DNA from: Candidatus Poribacteria bacterium
GTDB lineage: Bacteria; Poribacteria; WGA-4E; WGA-3G
NCBI GenBank assembly: GCA_965205025.1
Contig: CBDBFU010000007.1
Span: forward strand, 128,001 to 192,000
Length of the DNA stretch: 64,000 nt
Direction: 5' to 3'
Below are positions 20,368-31,300 of this stretch, piece after piece. A program made the position numbers and the translations under genes. The notes beneath the pieces were generated by a model. The model did no database searches and was not told the origin of the DNA. It saw only the letters and a program-made list of their open reading frames with translations. Position 1 is the stretch's first letter. Every line of letters begins with the position of its first letter.

Positions 20368-21276
20368 ATGCGTGCATTAATATATATCATGACGCCAGTC
20401 TTGATACTGACATTTATCGTTGCTTCACGGTATGTTACATGGGATAAATTAAAAGGTGTAGATACCGATAGTAAAGCCTTTAAACATCTCACTGATGCAG
20501 CACAATTCTTTCAAGATGAAGAAAGACATAAAGCCCTTCACGCATTAACCTTGGCAATACAGGATGATCCGAATTATGCTGAGGCATATATACAAAGAGG
20601 ACTAATTTATTTTCAACTTAAACGATATCAGGAAGCAATTGCAGACTATACACAAACTATATCTTTAAATAGGTTTTTTGCTGATGCTTATGCAGGACGG
20701 GGAGACGCATACCGTGCACTAAAAAACCTACCAAAGGCTCTTGATGATTATACAGTATCTATAAAAAAGAGAAGAAGTGCACAAATTTTGACGAAAAGAG
20801 CAAAATGTTATATAGAATCAGGTAGAATTGATTCCGCTCTTGATGATTATACCTATATTATAAAACGACGTCCAACAGCAATTGCATACTATAATCGAGG
20901 AAAAGCGTATTACAAGAAATACATAGTATCTGAGAATGATGTAGAAATCGCTAAACTTGCTATAAGGGATTTTGATAAGAGTATTGAGATGCAACCACTC
21001 TTTGCTTTGTCATTCTATCATCGAGGTAATATGTATGGATACTTGGGACAGTCGAATTTACAAGAAACAGATTACGCTCATACAATTGAATTGCTGTCTG
21101 ACGCATTAAGAGAATGGAAAACTGATCCGCATTTACAAATACCAATCCTATTGTGGCGCGCAGTCGCTTATGAAAAACATAATCTAACCGAGAATGCTCA
21201 GAATGATATCGTGAAGATCTATGAATTGTATACACAATATTACTTGAAAAAAGTGTCAATTTCTGATATACTATAG
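20368..21276 (+). CDS. Tetratricopeptide repeat protein
   Basis: Multiple AYxxRG...AIADY TPR units. Confidence 0.88.
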   Translation: MRALIYIMTPVLILTFIVASRYVTWDKLKGVDTDSKAFKHLTDAAQFFQDEERHKALHALTLAIQDDPNYAEAYIQRGLIYFQLKRYQEAIADYTQTISLNRFFADAYAGRGDAYRALKNLPKALDDYTVSIKKRRSAQILTKRAKCYIESGRIDSALDDYTYIIKRRPTAIAYYNRGKAYYKKYIVSENDVEIAKLAIRDFDKSIEMQPLFALSFYHRGNMYGYLGQSNLQETDYAHTIELLSDALREWKTDPHLQIPILLWRAVAYEKHNLTENAQNDIVKIYELYTQYYLKKVSISDIL

Positions 21277-21320
21277 GTTGGTTTAGACAATATATTTCAT
21301 AGGAGGATACAAGGTTCAAT

Positions 21321-21596
21321 ATGATAGGTGAAGCATTAGGTTTAGTCGAAACAAGAGGCTTGGTTGGGAGTATTGAAGCAGCAGATGCTATGGTAAAAGC
21401 AGCAAATGTGCGGTTAGTAGGGTACCAACAAATCGGTGGTGGATTCGTTACTGTGATGGTACGCGGAGATGTAGGTGCTGTGAAAGCCGCGACCGATGTT
21501 GGAGCTGAAGCCGCTGCACGTGTAGGAGAAGTTGTTTCAGTACATGTAATTCCACGACCACACGCCGATGTAGAAACTATTCTGCCAAATCAATAA
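21321..21596 (+). CDS. Bacterial microcompartment hexameric shell protein (EutM/PduA-like BMC-H)
   Basis: [10 protein letters not shown]...[11 protein letters not shown]...GDVGAVKAA...HVIPRPH. Confidence 0.96.
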   Translation: MIGEALGLVETRGLVGSIEAADAMVKAANVRLVGYQQIGGGFVTVMVRGDVGAVKAATDVGAEAAARVGEVVSVHVIPRPHADVETILPNQ

Positions 21597-21654
21597 TCAC
21601 TTCCTGAACCATCCTTTGCTAAAAATTTCATAATAATAGAAAGATATAATCGAA

Positions 21655-22368
21655 ATGCCTGACCAAGACTTAGTTAAGCTAATTACCCAGCGTGTGGTGA
21701 ATCGTTTATCTAACGAACAACCTTGCAGCGGTTGTGCTTTACGGACCTGTGACGCAGGAAACCGAGCATGCGATGTTGCTGGATCACAACAGAAAATACC
21801 GGTAGGTGTATCGGCACGACACGCACATGTTACCCAAGAACACCTTGAAATACTCTACGGTCCTGGACATCAACTTACTGTCTATGCTCCACTTTACCAA
21901 CCAGAAGCATTCGCTGCAAATGAGACAGTAACAGTCGTTGGGAAACGGATGCGCGCTATTGAGCATGTACGTATACTTGGTCCCGTGAGAGATTATTCCC
22001 AAGTTGAGGTGGCACAGACGGAAGCAATTCGACTGGGTTTAAACCCACCAATTCGGGATTCTGGTGATCTCGCAGGTGCTGAAGCAATTACTCTCATCGG
22101 TCCAGCAGGGAGTGTCTATTTGGAAGAAGGAGCAATCTGTGCATCAAGACACATACATATGACACCGGAACAGGCACAGGAATTTGGACTTACAGAAAGT
22201 GATCGGGTAAGGGTACGCATTCCTGGAGAACGAGCACTTACTTTCGAGAATATACGACCGAAAATACACGAATCCTACGTACTACAAATGCATCTTGATA
22301 CGGATGATTCTAATGCCGCTGGCTTGATAGGTGGCGAAGCTGTTGAACTGGTACGTGACGAAGCATGA
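21655..22368 (+). CDS. pduL: PduL phosphate propanoyl/acyltransferase
   Basis: VGVSARHAH, VRILGP, RDSGDL, RHIHM, MHLDTDD motifs; N-terminal amphipathic helix. Confidence 0.92.
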   Translation: MPDQDLVKLITQRVVNRLSNEQPCSGCALRTCDAGNRACDVAGSQQKIPVGVSARHAHVTQEHLEILYGPGHQLTVYAPLYQPEAFAANETVTVVGKRMRAIEHVRILGPVRDYSQVEVAQTEAIRLGLNPPIRDSGDLAGAEAITLIGPAGSVYLEEGAICASRHIHMTPEQAQEFGLTESDRVRVRIPGERALTFENIRPKIHESYVLQMHLDTDDSNAAGLIGGEAVELVRDEA

Positions 22369-23108
22369 AACCAGAACAGATTGCTCAAATTGAGAAAATA
22401 GTTAAAGATATACTACAATCCCAGGTTAATGAAACTCAACCTTCCAATAAAAATCTTCTTGTAATCCTCGGGGCAACCGAAAAACCTTTAGATATTTTAT
22501 TCCAACAACTTGATAAATGTACGCAGGAAGGATGGAAATTACAAATTATTCTATCTGAACTGGCTACTAAGGTAATAGACCTTAATTCTATAAAATCTCT
22601 ATTCGGTGAAGACAAGGTTATCAGTGAAGAAGAATTAACAGATATACCAAGCATTGTAGAGAATTCCTCAGTAATTCTTCTGCCTGCTTTTTCCTACCCT
22701 ATGGTTGGGAAACTCGCATTGAAGTTAGTTGACACACCATGTACATATTTAGTGTATCACGCACTTTGTCAAGGGAAACAGGTTGTAGCGACAGCAGATA
22801 CATTACTTAGAAAAAAGCACTATTCAGATGAAAAAATACAACCACTTGATAAAATTAATGAAAACCATGTCAACACATTATCCGGTTTTGGCGTTATATG
22901 GGTAACAGGGGATAAGATCATTGAGGCAATTCGGGATGCAGATATATCTTATAAGGTGTTCACACAAACATCCATCATTAGTGCTTCAGTGATTGATAAT
23001 CTCGCTATAAATGTTAGGGAATTGGTATACACTGAACCGACAATAATTACACCTCTTGCCCGTGACCACGCGCGAAAACGCGGTATTAAGTTAATTCACA
23101 AACAGTAG
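22365..23108 (+). CDS. BMC-associated flavoprotein-like protein
   Basis: Flavoprotein-like ILSELA...KLAL..D core; C-terminal IITPLARD motif; ATGA overlap with pduL. Confidence 0.65.
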   Translation: MKPEQIAQIEKIVKDILQSQVNETQPSNKNLLVILGATEKPLDILFQQLDKCTQEGWKLQIILSELATKVIDLNSIKSLFGEDKVISEEELTDIPSIVENSSVILLPAFSYPMVGKLALKLVDTPCTYLVYHALCQGKQVVATADTLLRKKHYSDEKIQPLDKINENHVNTLSGFGVIWVTGDKIIEAIRDADISYKVFTQTSIISASVIDNLAINVRELVYTEPTIITPLARDHARKRGIKLIHKQ

Positions 23109-23481
23109 GATCCAACTACTATTTGAAGAATTACAAATTTTCATTCCTTATATCGAAATCACAGTAAATCGGTAAATTGAAAAATTAATTGAAGAAAATA
23201 AATGTATTATACATCTAAGTGTATATAACCCGATTTAACTAAAGAGTTGTATATACTTAAACCCTTGACAATTGTTATGAGTAATTGTATAATGTATCGC
23301 ATGTTAGGTTGATAATTATAATAAAATACAATTGTTCATCTTATTTGTGGTAAGGACATTACAAGACAGTATAAATATTTTATTTTGCTGATATAGCAAA
23401 TACAAGATTGTTAATATACCTACTTTTCTATGATAGAAACAGTTATAATAGTTATGAGTTATTACATGGGAGGAACGCAGG

Positions 23482-25038
23482 ATGAACCGCATTTTTTCTT
23501 ACACGATTACAGGACTTCTCATTTGCTTGATGTTTGGAACTTTGGCAGCAGTGAGTTATGCCGATTACGGTTATTACGCGGACCGCTTGAGCCGTGAACA
23601 TAGGGTCGCAAATGATGTTGATGAATGGATAGAACGAGGTAATGCTACAATAACATCGAGTCCTATTTTTGAAGATGGTATGCGACTTACTGCTTGGGCA
23701 AATACACCCCAAAATGCAGAAAATTACGAATTCGCTATAGCAAGTGGTGTGTATCTATTTGAAATTCCGCGTGGTGCACAGTCTATTGAAGTTCTAATTC
23801 GTTATAAAGGTGAACCAAATAAACTTGAAATTGACGATTACAATGAGCCAATTGCTGGACGGGTCTGGATTCGAAATATTAAAAGAGAATCAACGCGTAG
23901 CGGTTATAATGACCAGAACGCTGCTGAAACAAGATACGGCGACACTTTCTTACTACGAGCAAAAAATCGTTCTGAATCTATTAAAATTCCTGTTGCTGGA
24001 CACGTAGATAATGGGTGGATGGAACTTCATGTGGTTGCTGAAGGTGGAGAACAACTGGATGTTGAATATATAGAAGTTTCTTCATATCGTAGAGCACCAA
24101 AGGTCCGTGTAATTCAGCATTATACCCCCTCTTATAGATGGCGTCCATGGCATAGATATACATACCTCTATTTTTATGATGGACCGGTATTTTACTCATC
24201 AGGGTATAATACATATCGCTGCTGGAGTTATCCGGTTTACGACCATAACTATCTGTCAATCCGAACCTATTATGGTGGATACTTAGGTCGGTACCGTACA
24301 TACTATCCTACACGATATTCATATTATCACTCACCATACTATGCAGGATACGGTAGAACAATACCCGTTTACACCAAACGAACTCAGTTAAATAGGTGGA
24401 GCGCAAAACATGAAGTCACTCGGAAACAGTATTCTCGAAGTCGATTGGCTGTGTCTCCCCGTACTTCAGAACGTACTCAAATTCAAAATAATGTCCGTGT
24501 TGTTATAGATAACCATCGCAGACAAGCACCCGCACCGACTGAACGGGTGGCAAGATCTTCTATGATATCTCAAAGAAAAAGAACTGCTGCGACTTCGTCT
24601 GCATCACGATATAACAATGCCGTACGTACCTATAGCAACCGTTCTCGGTCTACTCAGACTTCTAACTATAGTAGACAACGAACATTGTTGAATTCACGAG
24701 TAAGTTCAAGTACGAATAGAAGTAATTTTACTACAAACAGAACGTCGCAACCATATAGAAGGTCTGTATCTTCTTCAACTCGAACCAGCTCTTCGTCCAG
24801 TTCGCAACTTCGCAGTGGTAGTTCACGAACAGAACGCACTTCGTCTGTTACACGACCAAGTACAACAAAGACAAGAACTGCACAAAGATCATCACGAGTC
24901 TCATCATCAAGTTCGCGCACCAGACCAACTACAACCACTCGTTCTTCTTCAAGTTCAAGTAGTTCTGCGAGTGACGACGATGACGATGACAACAAGAGTC
25001 GAAGTAAGACAACGGAACGGACAAGACGTAGACGCTAA
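23482..25038 (+). CDS. Secreted hypothetical protein with Tyr-rich middle and Ser/Arg/Thr-rich disordered tail
   Basis: Signal peptide, GGAGGA RBS, strongly zoned composition. Confidence 0.7.
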   Translation: MNRIFSYTITGLLICLMFGTLAAVSYADYGYYADRLSREHRVANDVDEWIERGNATITSSPIFEDGMRLTAWANTPQNAENYEFAIASGVYLFEIPRGAQSIEVLIRYKGEPNKLEIDDYNEPIAGRVWIRNIKRESTRSGYNDQNAAETRYGDTFLLRAKNRSESIKIPVAGHVDNGWMELHVVAEGGEQLDVEYIEVSSYRRAPKVRVIQHYTPSYRWRPWHRYTYLYFYDGPVFYSSGYNTYRCWSYPVYDHNYLSIRTYYGGYLGRYRTYYPTRYSYYHSPYYAGYGRTIPVYTKRTQLNRWSAKHEVTRKQYSRSRLAVSPRTSERTQIQNNVRVVIDNHRRQAPAPTERVARSSMISQRKRTAATSSASRYNNAVRTYSNRSRSTQTSNYSRQRTLLNSRVSSSTNRSNFTTNRTSQPYRRSVSSSTRTSSSSSSQLRSGSSRTERTSSVTRPSTTKTRTAQRSSRVSSSSSRTRPTTTTRSSSSSSSSASDDDDDDNKSRSKTTERTRRRR

Positions 25039-25073
25039 ATTCGTTTCAACATAAATCGAATTTGTATAATACA

Positions 25074-25104
25074 GATGCCTCGCACAAATTTTGTGTGAGG
25101 CATC
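25074..25104 (+). terminator. Hairpin after the low-complexity protein gene
   Basis: GATGCCTCGCACAAA-T-TTTGTGTGAGGCATC inverted repeat. Confidence 0.55.
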
Positions 25105-25215
25105 GTTAACAATAGTATAACCATATTTATATATACCTAAATGTATTAAACAGCCATTCTTCAATATTTGAAGTTGAATAATTAGATTAGGATCTATAGT
25201 AACCCGGTACAACTG

Positions 25216-25767
25216 ATGCGGTATTTATTATTTTTTTTAATATTGCTTTTAAGCATGAAGTTTAGTTTCGCTGATGAAGCTAACGAAGAACAGATATTGA
25301 CCGAACCCGATAAATCAATAAGACTGATATCTCCAATTGGTACGATGGTACGATCCACAATAATTCCCGGTTGGGGGCAATATCACAGTCGCAACTATTT
25401 TCGGGGTGGTTTGGTACAGCTCGGAATCGCCAGTTCAGTAGTCGGTGCTTATTTAGCACATCAATCCTTTTCAACGCATTATGATAACTATTTACTCACA
25501 GCAAGCAACGAACCTGACGATTCATTTGCTGTTTTTGAAAGTTATGATGCTGCCAATCAAAAGTATAAACTCCAGATGTTCTTTATCTATTCAGGAATCG
25601 GTTTTTGGGTTTATAGCATCATTGACTCTTATGTTAGTTCAAACTTTTATAATGCCAAATCACAAATTCAATCAATAAAAGAGGATGCACAGCAAATTGA
25701 GAAATTGGGGTTACAAGTCGGAATTACTCCTTCTCGTATGTATTTAGGTTTCGTAAAAACATTTTAA
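25216..25767 (+). CDS. DUF5683-like membrane protein
   Basis: RSTIIPGWGQY...WVYSIIDSYV motifs; ends in F. Confidence 0.65.
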   Translation: MRYLLFFLILLLSMKFSFADEANEEQILTEPDKSIRLISPIGTMVRSTIIPGWGQYHSRNYFRGGLVQLGIASSVVGAYLAHQSFSTHYDNYLLTASNEPDDSFAVFESYDAANQKYKLQMFFIYSGIGFWVYSIIDSYVSSNFYNAKSQIQSIKEDAQQIEKLGLQVGITPSRMYLGFVKTF

Positions 25768-25781
25768 TTCGGAGCGATATT

Positions 25782-26342
25782 ATGATAAGGGATTTTGCAA
25801 TACTCAGTGGTCTGTTTATTTTACTCTTGTCTTTCTCTGGGTGTGGAGACGTAGACAAGTTTAACGCTACACTACCTGAGGATAGAATAGAAATAAACGG
25901 TGTTTTAAAAAGATGGCGTGAAGGGTATGAAACTGAAGATGTTGAGATGTATATTAATACCTATTGGTCACAAGGATTTCGCTATGTTTCTGACATGGGT
26001 ACAGATGGGGATAAGACCGACGATCTTATCTTTGACGATATAAGAGATGAACGAGATGCAGCAATTCGCGTATTTAGCCGATTCCAAGATATTGAGATAG
26101 AGCTGTCTAAACCACCTGAAATACAAATGAATAAAGAAGGTGATGAAGCAGAAGTTCGAAATCATTATCGAATTCAAGGATTTGTCGCCGACGGTGAGTC
26201 GCTTGAAGGTGGATTTACAGGATGGTTCGCTGAAGGAGATAACTTGTTCATTTTTCAAAAAATAGATGAAGAATGGCGTATTAGGGAATGGCATGACGAA
26301 GCCTTCAATGATGAGGAAATTCGCATTGCAAATAATCTATAG
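25782..26342 (+). CDS. NTF2/SnoaL-like lipoprotein
   Basis: Lipobox FSGC; WREGYETEDVEMY...FIFQKIDEEWRI pattern. Confidence 0.6.
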   Translation: MIRDFAILSGLFILLLSFSGCGDVDKFNATLPEDRIEINGVLKRWREGYETEDVEMYINTYWSQGFRYVSDMGTDGDKTDDLIFDDIRDERDAAIRVFSRFQDIEIELSKPPEIQMNKEGDEAEVRNHYRIQGFVADGESLEGGFTGWFAEGDNLFIFQKIDEEWRIREWHDEAFNDEEIRIANNL

Positions 26343-26396
26343 CAAACATATTGAAAGAATGGAGAGAGTTTTCCCGTTTAATGGGAATGATAATCT

Positions 26397-27803
26397 ATGC
26401 CTCAGAAAGAGGAACCGCTACAAACCTACCTACAATTTATACGGAAGTATGATTTTATAATCTGCCTGAGTACTATATTAGTATTAGGAATTGCTCTTGT
26501 AATTGCTCTCCGTTTACCTAAAACTTATTCTGCATCTACCTTGATGCAACTCATCCAAAGCAACAATACCCCTCCTATATCCTCTGGTAATTTGTTTCAA
26601 ACAGTTTTTTCCGGTGGAGTTGATACCAGAGAGATGTCAACAATAGGTAAGCGGTTTTCTACAGAATCAATGCTGAATGCAGCAATTGAAAACCTTGAAG
26701 ATAGAGGACAGGATGGGGTATATCACTTGCCAAGTATTGGACTTCTGAAGCGGAACATAAAGGCACAAATTGATCCTGATGCAGACTATATTGAGCTGTC
26801 AATTGAGTTAACGGAGGATCAGGGAGGAGAACGAAATGCTGCTCTCTTAGTAAATCAGTTAGCACGAGATATGCAGAATCTAAGAAGTGAAAATGAGAAA
26901 AACAGACTGGCTAAACATCAGAATTTCCTTAACAATAAGAAGCAAGAGGTAGAGAAGGAAATTACACAACTCGTAGAGGATTCATTAGGATTTGTTCGAC
27001 AAAAAGGTAGTCCTGAGACTTGGTATCCGAGATTAGCAAGTTTATTAGAACAACATCGTAACTTACAAGAACGACATGGTATATCTGAACAAAACCTTCA
27101 TGGAGCACGTGGTCGGTATTCCCATTTAAAGGAAAAACACTCTAACCTTGATAAACAAACCCAATTAACAACGACACAATCCAACAATCCTTTATGGGTA
27201 TATCAGAAAGAGAAGTTAATTGATTTAGAATCACAACGTATAGGGGATGTCGAAAAAACCGGAAAAAGTAGTTATGATCTTGCTGGACTTAACGCCCAGA
27301 TTGAAGAACTTAGTAAACAGATTGATGATACACCACAATTGTCTTCCAACACCACATTTGGCACTTCCCCCCATTACACTTATATTGAGAATGAACTAAT
27401 AGAATTACCACCATTGATTGAAAATCTTGAAAACACAACTAAGCAGATAAGTAAAGAATTAGCAAGTGTCAAAAGTGAGTTAGCATTATTACTCACACAG
27501 ATCCCAGTAAACCAACATATTTTTGAACGTCTACGTGCAAAGATAGAGCTTTCTGGTACCCTCCTTACAGAAATCGAAAAGCGTTATCTTGAATCTGAGA
27601 TTGTTGGTGCAGAGTCAGATAACGAAGCCTTTCAAAAAGGCGGAATTCAAATCATTGATGTTGCAGTTCCCAGAAAAATATCCGTAAGTCCACAGTTCAA
27701 ATTGATTTTCATTCTTGCGGGAATTGTAGGTTTATGTTTTGGAATTACTCTTGCTTTGTTATTTGAATATTTCAAGACTTCATCAGAAAGTCTTAATAGT
27801 TGA
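26397..27803 (+). CDS. Wzz/GumC-type polysaccharide co-polymerase (no kinase domain)
   Basis: N-terminal TM + PKTYSA; coiled-coil middle; IIDVAVP..SP + TM with GxxxG. Confidence 0.78.
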   Translation: MPQKEEPLQTYLQFIRKYDFIICLSTILVLGIALVIALRLPKTYSASTLMQLIQSNNTPPISSGNLFQTVFSGGVDTREMSTIGKRFSTESMLNAAIENLEDRGQDGVYHLPSIGLLKRNIKAQIDPDADYIELSIELTEDQGGERNAALLVNQLARDMQNLRSENEKNRLAKHQNFLNNKKQEVEKEITQLVEDSLGFVRQKGSPETWYPRLASLLEQHRNLQERHGISEQNLHGARGRYSHLKEKHSNLDKQTQLTTTQSNNPLWVYQKEKLIDLESQRIGDVEKTGKSSYDLAGLNAQIEELSKQIDDTPQLSSNTTFGTSPHYTYIENELIELPPLIENLENTTKQISKELASVKSELALLLTQIPVNQHIFERLRAKIELSGTLLTEIEKRYLESEIVGAESDNEAFQKGGIQIIDVAVPRKISVSPQFKLIFILAGIVGLCFGITLALLFEYFKTSSESLNS

Positions 27804-28395
27804 ATCTTCAGATTTCCCCAAAAATCACTATCCAATTAAATTCATAGATTTACTACAATTTTTCTGTTGAAGAGAAAATACAATTATGATATGATTACAT
27901 TTAATTTTAATTAACATATACAAAAAAACTGTTGTTATTAAATTGTTACGGCTATAACACTTTGTTATTTAATTCTTTCTTATTGGGAAGGAACTCAGAT
28001 TCACAACTATTATATATGGGAAGGATCTTTATAGAAAACTAATTAAACTACCAATAAAACTATCTTTGTCAAGACTTGACAAAAAGTTACACATTTGCTA
28101 TGCTAAGCACTAAATCAGTAGTATGCAAGTGTTTCGTTAGTATGTAAATTCATTTCAACAGTTTAAATATATCAATATGATAATTGGGAATAATGTTGAA
28201 TTGTTATTCAATCCAATTCACTCATATAATTTACAAAAAATAAAACGGATACAGTCATTACTATCTAAGGGCTTCATAGATTCAATCAAAATCATAAGGT
28301 TTTCGGTGCCTTGACATCTGTCTTAGCACTTGTTAGTTAAGTCGAGTATGTTTAATATCCGAACATAATATTTCCTAAGGAGGAATATCAAACTA

Positions 28396-31300
28396 ATGAA
28401 CAAGTTAAAACGATTAGTTAATGTTTTGCTTGTAGCGTCTTGCATCCTAAGCGGGATTGTGCTTTACGGTTGTGGCGCTCAAAGCCTAGGGCCGCAAGAG
28501 CCACTCTTGCCTACCATTGAGGGTGACTCGAAATTCTCAGACCGATTCCAATTGGAAGAAGAGCCACAGTTCTTCTATGACCTTTTTGGTAAAGAACTTT
28601 TGGAAGGTAGTGAAGTTTACAACTACCGTGAAAGGAAGGAATTTAACCAAAATGGTGAATTGGTTGTCGGTTGGACAGGTCAATTGGATAGTGAAAAATT
28701 CTCTGCCCAGTTAGACCGAACTATCTTGACAGAAGATGCCTACCGTGGTAGATATAACGAGTTTGCAATTGGTGACCATATGCGGCTTAAGCCATCTACC
28801 CTATTCCCAAATCGATATATACTCTACAAAACAGAATTTGATGGATTTCGATGGGATATCTCATTTGCCCAAGAACGGCATCTCTTTACACTCATAAACT
28901 CACGTATTTCTAACCCTGTCCAAATTACTGAAGGTGCTGCAAACCTGGCACCAGTACTTGGACGGCGAAATGGGTTAAACGAAGATGCCGGTGTCCGTCA
29001 TCTTGAAAACGCACGACTGGTCGGTTTTAGGGGACAAGGTCTTTTAGGTGACATATTCCGTGTTGGGTTTACTTATGTAAATCTTCACAAAGAACATCCG
29101 GAACGCGTGGAAAACCCATTAATGGGGACAGTCGCAAATACCCCACCTAACAGCATCTCTGTTGTTTTTAGGGACGATTCACCTGAAGATAACCATGTAG
29201 CAAGTATTACCGACTTTGAAGGTTATGATGAAATTTCACATGGTGAAAACATTCAGGGTGGAGTCGGTGCTGCTTTCAAAACGATGAAAATCACTATAGT
29301 TACACAAGAACTTGAAGATGTAAGTGCAGAGGACCTTGCTGAAGGGTATGAACCCGCTCTTGAACCTCAGCAATCACTAGAAATTGAGGTATTCGTAGAT
29401 GAGATCGTTCCTGTCACTGCTGGTACCGATATCGTAAAAGATTCTGTTGACGGAGATTGGAAGATCGTTGACGGATTCAATAAGATGAAGTATGACCTCA
29501 ATTTTGAACAACACGATATTGAACCAAGAACTGTAAAATCAGTTGTGTTTGACCTTGTTGTTGCCGGTGATTACAATATTCAGATTATTGGCTTTAGTGA
29601 AGCCAATATGGCTGAATCAGATCCAGAAATTCAAGAATGGATTAAGACCGAAGATGGTCACATCCAGATGCCTTACCGAGATATTATTGAAGCACCCGGA
29701 AACTATGGTCAATCTGCAGATTACACAGAAAACAGAGCAGAACTCGTTGACAATCCCAGTGCTTGGGAAGGTGAAGGAAGACCTCGAAAGATCAGTTACC
29801 AATATGGTGCCGCACGCGCAGCAGTTCTCTACGGTTTAGACCTTGAAGGAACTGTTGGAAATGTCTTTGTAAGAGCACACTATTCAATTAATGGTAAATA
29901 CAAACAGTTTCCCACAATCCCTAAAAATAAGATGGGATTTAGCAGACTTACCGACAACATTGTAACCGAAGATGGGGATGAACCAACAGGTATAACTATT
30001 GACCCTGCTTCTGGTTTACCTGTGGACGCAAATGGTATTCCTACCTATTCAGAAACCGAAGGTGAACGATTTGAGGCCATGTTAGGTGGAGACGGTACGG
30101 ATGAAGGCGGTGATGGACAGATGGGGAGAGAATCCGCATGGTTTGTTCAACTCAAATCACGGTTTGGGAAACTTTACTTAGAAGGTGTTTTATACCATAT
30201 TGACCCCGGTTATACCACCACCTATCTAAACTTTGGTTCAAACACTGACCGAGATCAACCCTACGCTCTTCCACGGACACAGTTGTCTGCAAATGAACGA
30301 GATCCGTGGGATGTAGAGAACTACGCGCTCGTTGAAGATGATGATGATGATGATGATTGGCCCGATGACGATGACTTTGATGGTGTGCTCCCAAGAGCTG
30401 ATGATAGGGATCAGAACGGGATCTTAGACTATCAAGAAGATTTTCTCATTTTTGAGGCGGATCCACCTGTATTCACGGATTTGATTGATCTTAACAATAA
30501 TGGAACAATTGATTCTCTTGAAGATGATTTTGAACCACAGTATGAATATGGGATTGACCGTGATGGATATCATCTTAAGGCAGAATACGATTTACTTGAT
30601 AACCTATCTCTTCAAGTCGGTTGGTTGAACGAAAGTGAAATTTCAAGTCGACGCAAGAATGACTCCAAATATCTACACGTAACTTACCAACGTGATATCC
30701 CTGATTTCGGTACTATTCTGTTCCAGAATCGTTTCGTCAGAGTTCGAGACGATATCCCTGATTACACAATAACATTGCGGGTTGGTGAATTAGAACCAAC
30801 TCAAATTGCTGATGAACTGGATTACTACAATGCACGGGTGAATACGACAACCCTCCAGTTCCTCTATACAGCTGTTCCAAACCTTACATTGGAAGCCAAG
30901 TTATTGGTTGTACTTCAGAAGCAATATGAACAGGATGAAGCAGACGCTCTCTTCTTAGATGTAGAGTATGATGCTGCCGCAGATCTATTTGAACCAGATG
31001 AGCGCGTTGACTTTATGGTGCCTGAAGAACAAGTACGTACCAGTGGGCAGAAACGGGAATACCCGTTCTACCCAGATCACGGTATAAACGCTCTGGATGT
31101 AGACGATACTGGATTGATCTATAATGCTGATAACTGGAAATCACGACGGTATCCAGAACGAAACATTCGGAGTCAGCAGACGATCCTGAAAGCAAGATAT
31201 GAAATACCACTTGGTGACTTGCCATATATAAACAAAATAGGTGAAGATCTGACTTTGACACCTATGGTGAAATATATTTGGGATCGGGCATTTGACAGAA

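Noticed and set aside
27804-28395. Riboswitch or ncRNA in the long leader of the outer-membrane protein gene
   Set aside because: AT-rich with promoter-like TTGACA boxes but no aptamer consensus I can recognise; an Rfam search would be needed.
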